Shown one piece after another: positions 18,000 through 19,353 of a stretch of DNA of 19,353 bases. The notes under the pieces are model-generated. The model searched no databases. It had not been told where the DNA came from and saw only the letters and a list, made by a program, of their open reading frames with translations. Positions within the stretch are counted from its first letter, which is position 1. Each line of letters begins with the position of its first letter. A program made the translations under genes and the position numbers. Origin of the DNA: a bacterium (GTDB lineage: Bacteria; SZUA-182; DTGQ01); NCBI GenBank assembly GCA_040752695.1, contig JBFMGO010000114.1:1-19353 (forward strand), in the 5' to 3' direction.

Positions 18000-19107
18000 C
18001 TAATACTTACATATAGCGATGCCTACGTATTCTTCACTTCCATCAAACCGATTACACGTGATCCTGATCTTATAATTGCCGAGTGTAGTTGCAGGAAATC
18101 CTACGATTTCATAATTATTATCATAACTTGCCGAAGACATTATACATTGGCCATTAGGATCAAGGGCCTGTAAATCAAAATCAGTTTCTAGGCTGTCCCG
18201 AATAAGATATGGATTATTAGGATCTTCAGGGTTACTTTTGGAATCCCAACGGATTACAGCCCTTATTTTGTCATCCTGATTAGCATTAAAAGCTATATCA
18301 TAGGGAAAGACCTGAGCAGCAGTAAATGTGTGATGGCTATTTAATCCATCATCAATAACTTTCATAGCACTAGCTATATCTATAGCACCGACCCCATCTT
18401 TATCATGCAAAAAGGGGTTGGCGTTGGGGTTGATGTTTGGATCGTCTTCTTCGCTTTTGCCATCTTGTATATTGTGAATAGCAGAAGCCATTAAGATAGC
18501 TGCAATCTCTTCAGGCCAGGACTCTAAAGCCGGAGATTTATCAATTAATAATGCAACGGCTCCCGTAACATGCGGTGCAGCATAACTTGTGCCAAATCTT
18601 GAGTAACAGATGGTATTGTTTAGGTCCAGTGTAGCAATTCCCTGTCCTGGTGCAACAACTTCAGGTTTCCTCCGGTCAAGATGTGGAGAAAGAGATTGTG
18701 GATTTTTAAATGAGGAACATAAAAACATTATATCATCTGTCCAATCCTTGGGTGTATTCCTCTCATAGTAACCACCAACCGTTATAACATTCCATGCAAG
18801 ACCAGGGGAATTGACATTGCAAGTCACGTCATCTACACAAAGGCGAGCGGATGTATTGCCTGCTGCTACGACTACAGTTCTCGCGTAATCCCGTACTATG
18901 TGATCAAGATAGAAATCTTTTTCCTGTAAAATAAGATTATAATCACCGCCAAAACTACAATTGATCACAGTAGCCAATTCGGTTATTGCCCAATCTGTAG
19001 CTGCAAAAAAATCATAATCATTATAACAAATGATATTTTGATTACCGTAACGTTCATAATGAGCTGCATTCCCACTGAGGAGCGGTCGACAAACACCATG
19101 GGCCACT
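18000..19107 (-). pseudogene. S8 subtilisin-family protease, 3' part, interrupted by an IS256-family element
   Basis: Retains VAHG (GVAPGA-like), INCSFG, VVAAGN, KPEVVAPG, GTSYAAPHVTG and a C-terminal beta domain. It lacks the signal peptide and the catalytic Asp and His. The first 27 codons of ORF 18000..19187 are essentially IS sequence. Confidence 0.85.
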
Positions 19108-19353
19108 GAGTTATAATTGAAAGTTGTGTATGGAGGGTTAGGTGGTGTATCCTTTAGGGTGATTTTTCCCAAAAATAACCCCAGCATTTTGAATTAACCA
19201 AAATGAAAGGATACACGCACCATGAGTAAAGATAACGTAGTTGAATTGGAAAGGCAAGAAGCAGATAGTGAAGATCCTATCACCAGTATAATCCGCCAAG
19301 GAGCCAGGAGGATTTTAGCAGAGGCGTTGGAAGCAGAGATAGAAAGTTTTCTC
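19108..19353 (+). mobile_element. IS256-family insertion sequence, left end (continues beyond the window)
   Basis: The terminus GAGTTATAATTGAAAGTTGTGTAT resembles IS256-family ends and coincides with the loss of S8 similarity. A transposase start follows. Confidence 0.8.
19222..19353 (+). CDS. IS256-family (Mutator-type) transposase, partial N-terminus
   Basis: MSKDNVVELERQEADSEDPITSIIRQGARRILAEALEAEIESFL matches the D.LT.LLR.GAR.LL..ALEAE pattern. AAGGA RBS; open to the window end; absent from the ORF track. Confidence 0.85.
   Translation, partial: MSKDNVVELERQEADSEDPITSIIRQGARRILAEALEAEIESFL

Noticed and set aside
19108..19187. ATG at 19187 as the native start of the S8 gene
   Set aside because: It lies within the IS256 left end, and the product would lack a signal peptide and two catalytic residues.

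Overview
Bacterial accessory region. Every host gene is on the minus strand and most encode predicted exported proteins. In transcription order (right to left): the left end of an IS256-family element that interrupts an S8 subtilase gene; an 874-aa protein built from two [unknown domain-cohesin-dockerin] units; a complete 2082-nt group II intron (class E-like RT/maturase, no endonuclease domain); a Tyr/Ser/Trp-rich protein with a KPxIYLYP domain; a repeat-rich hypothetical protein translationally coupled to a large HEXXH metallopeptidase; a TIM-barrel (AP endonuclease 2-type) protein; an intact S8 subtilase with an inserted beta-domain and two PKD domains; and a decayed ISAzo13-family remnant among CGTC-type palindromic repeats. 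The most notable observation is that the intron splits a palindromic AAAGGGGA(C/T)AGATTTA element, and its apparent EBS1/EBS2 loops are complementary to that element's arm. This suggests an intron programmed to home into an intergenic repeat. All family assignments come from reading motifs by eye; no database searches were run.
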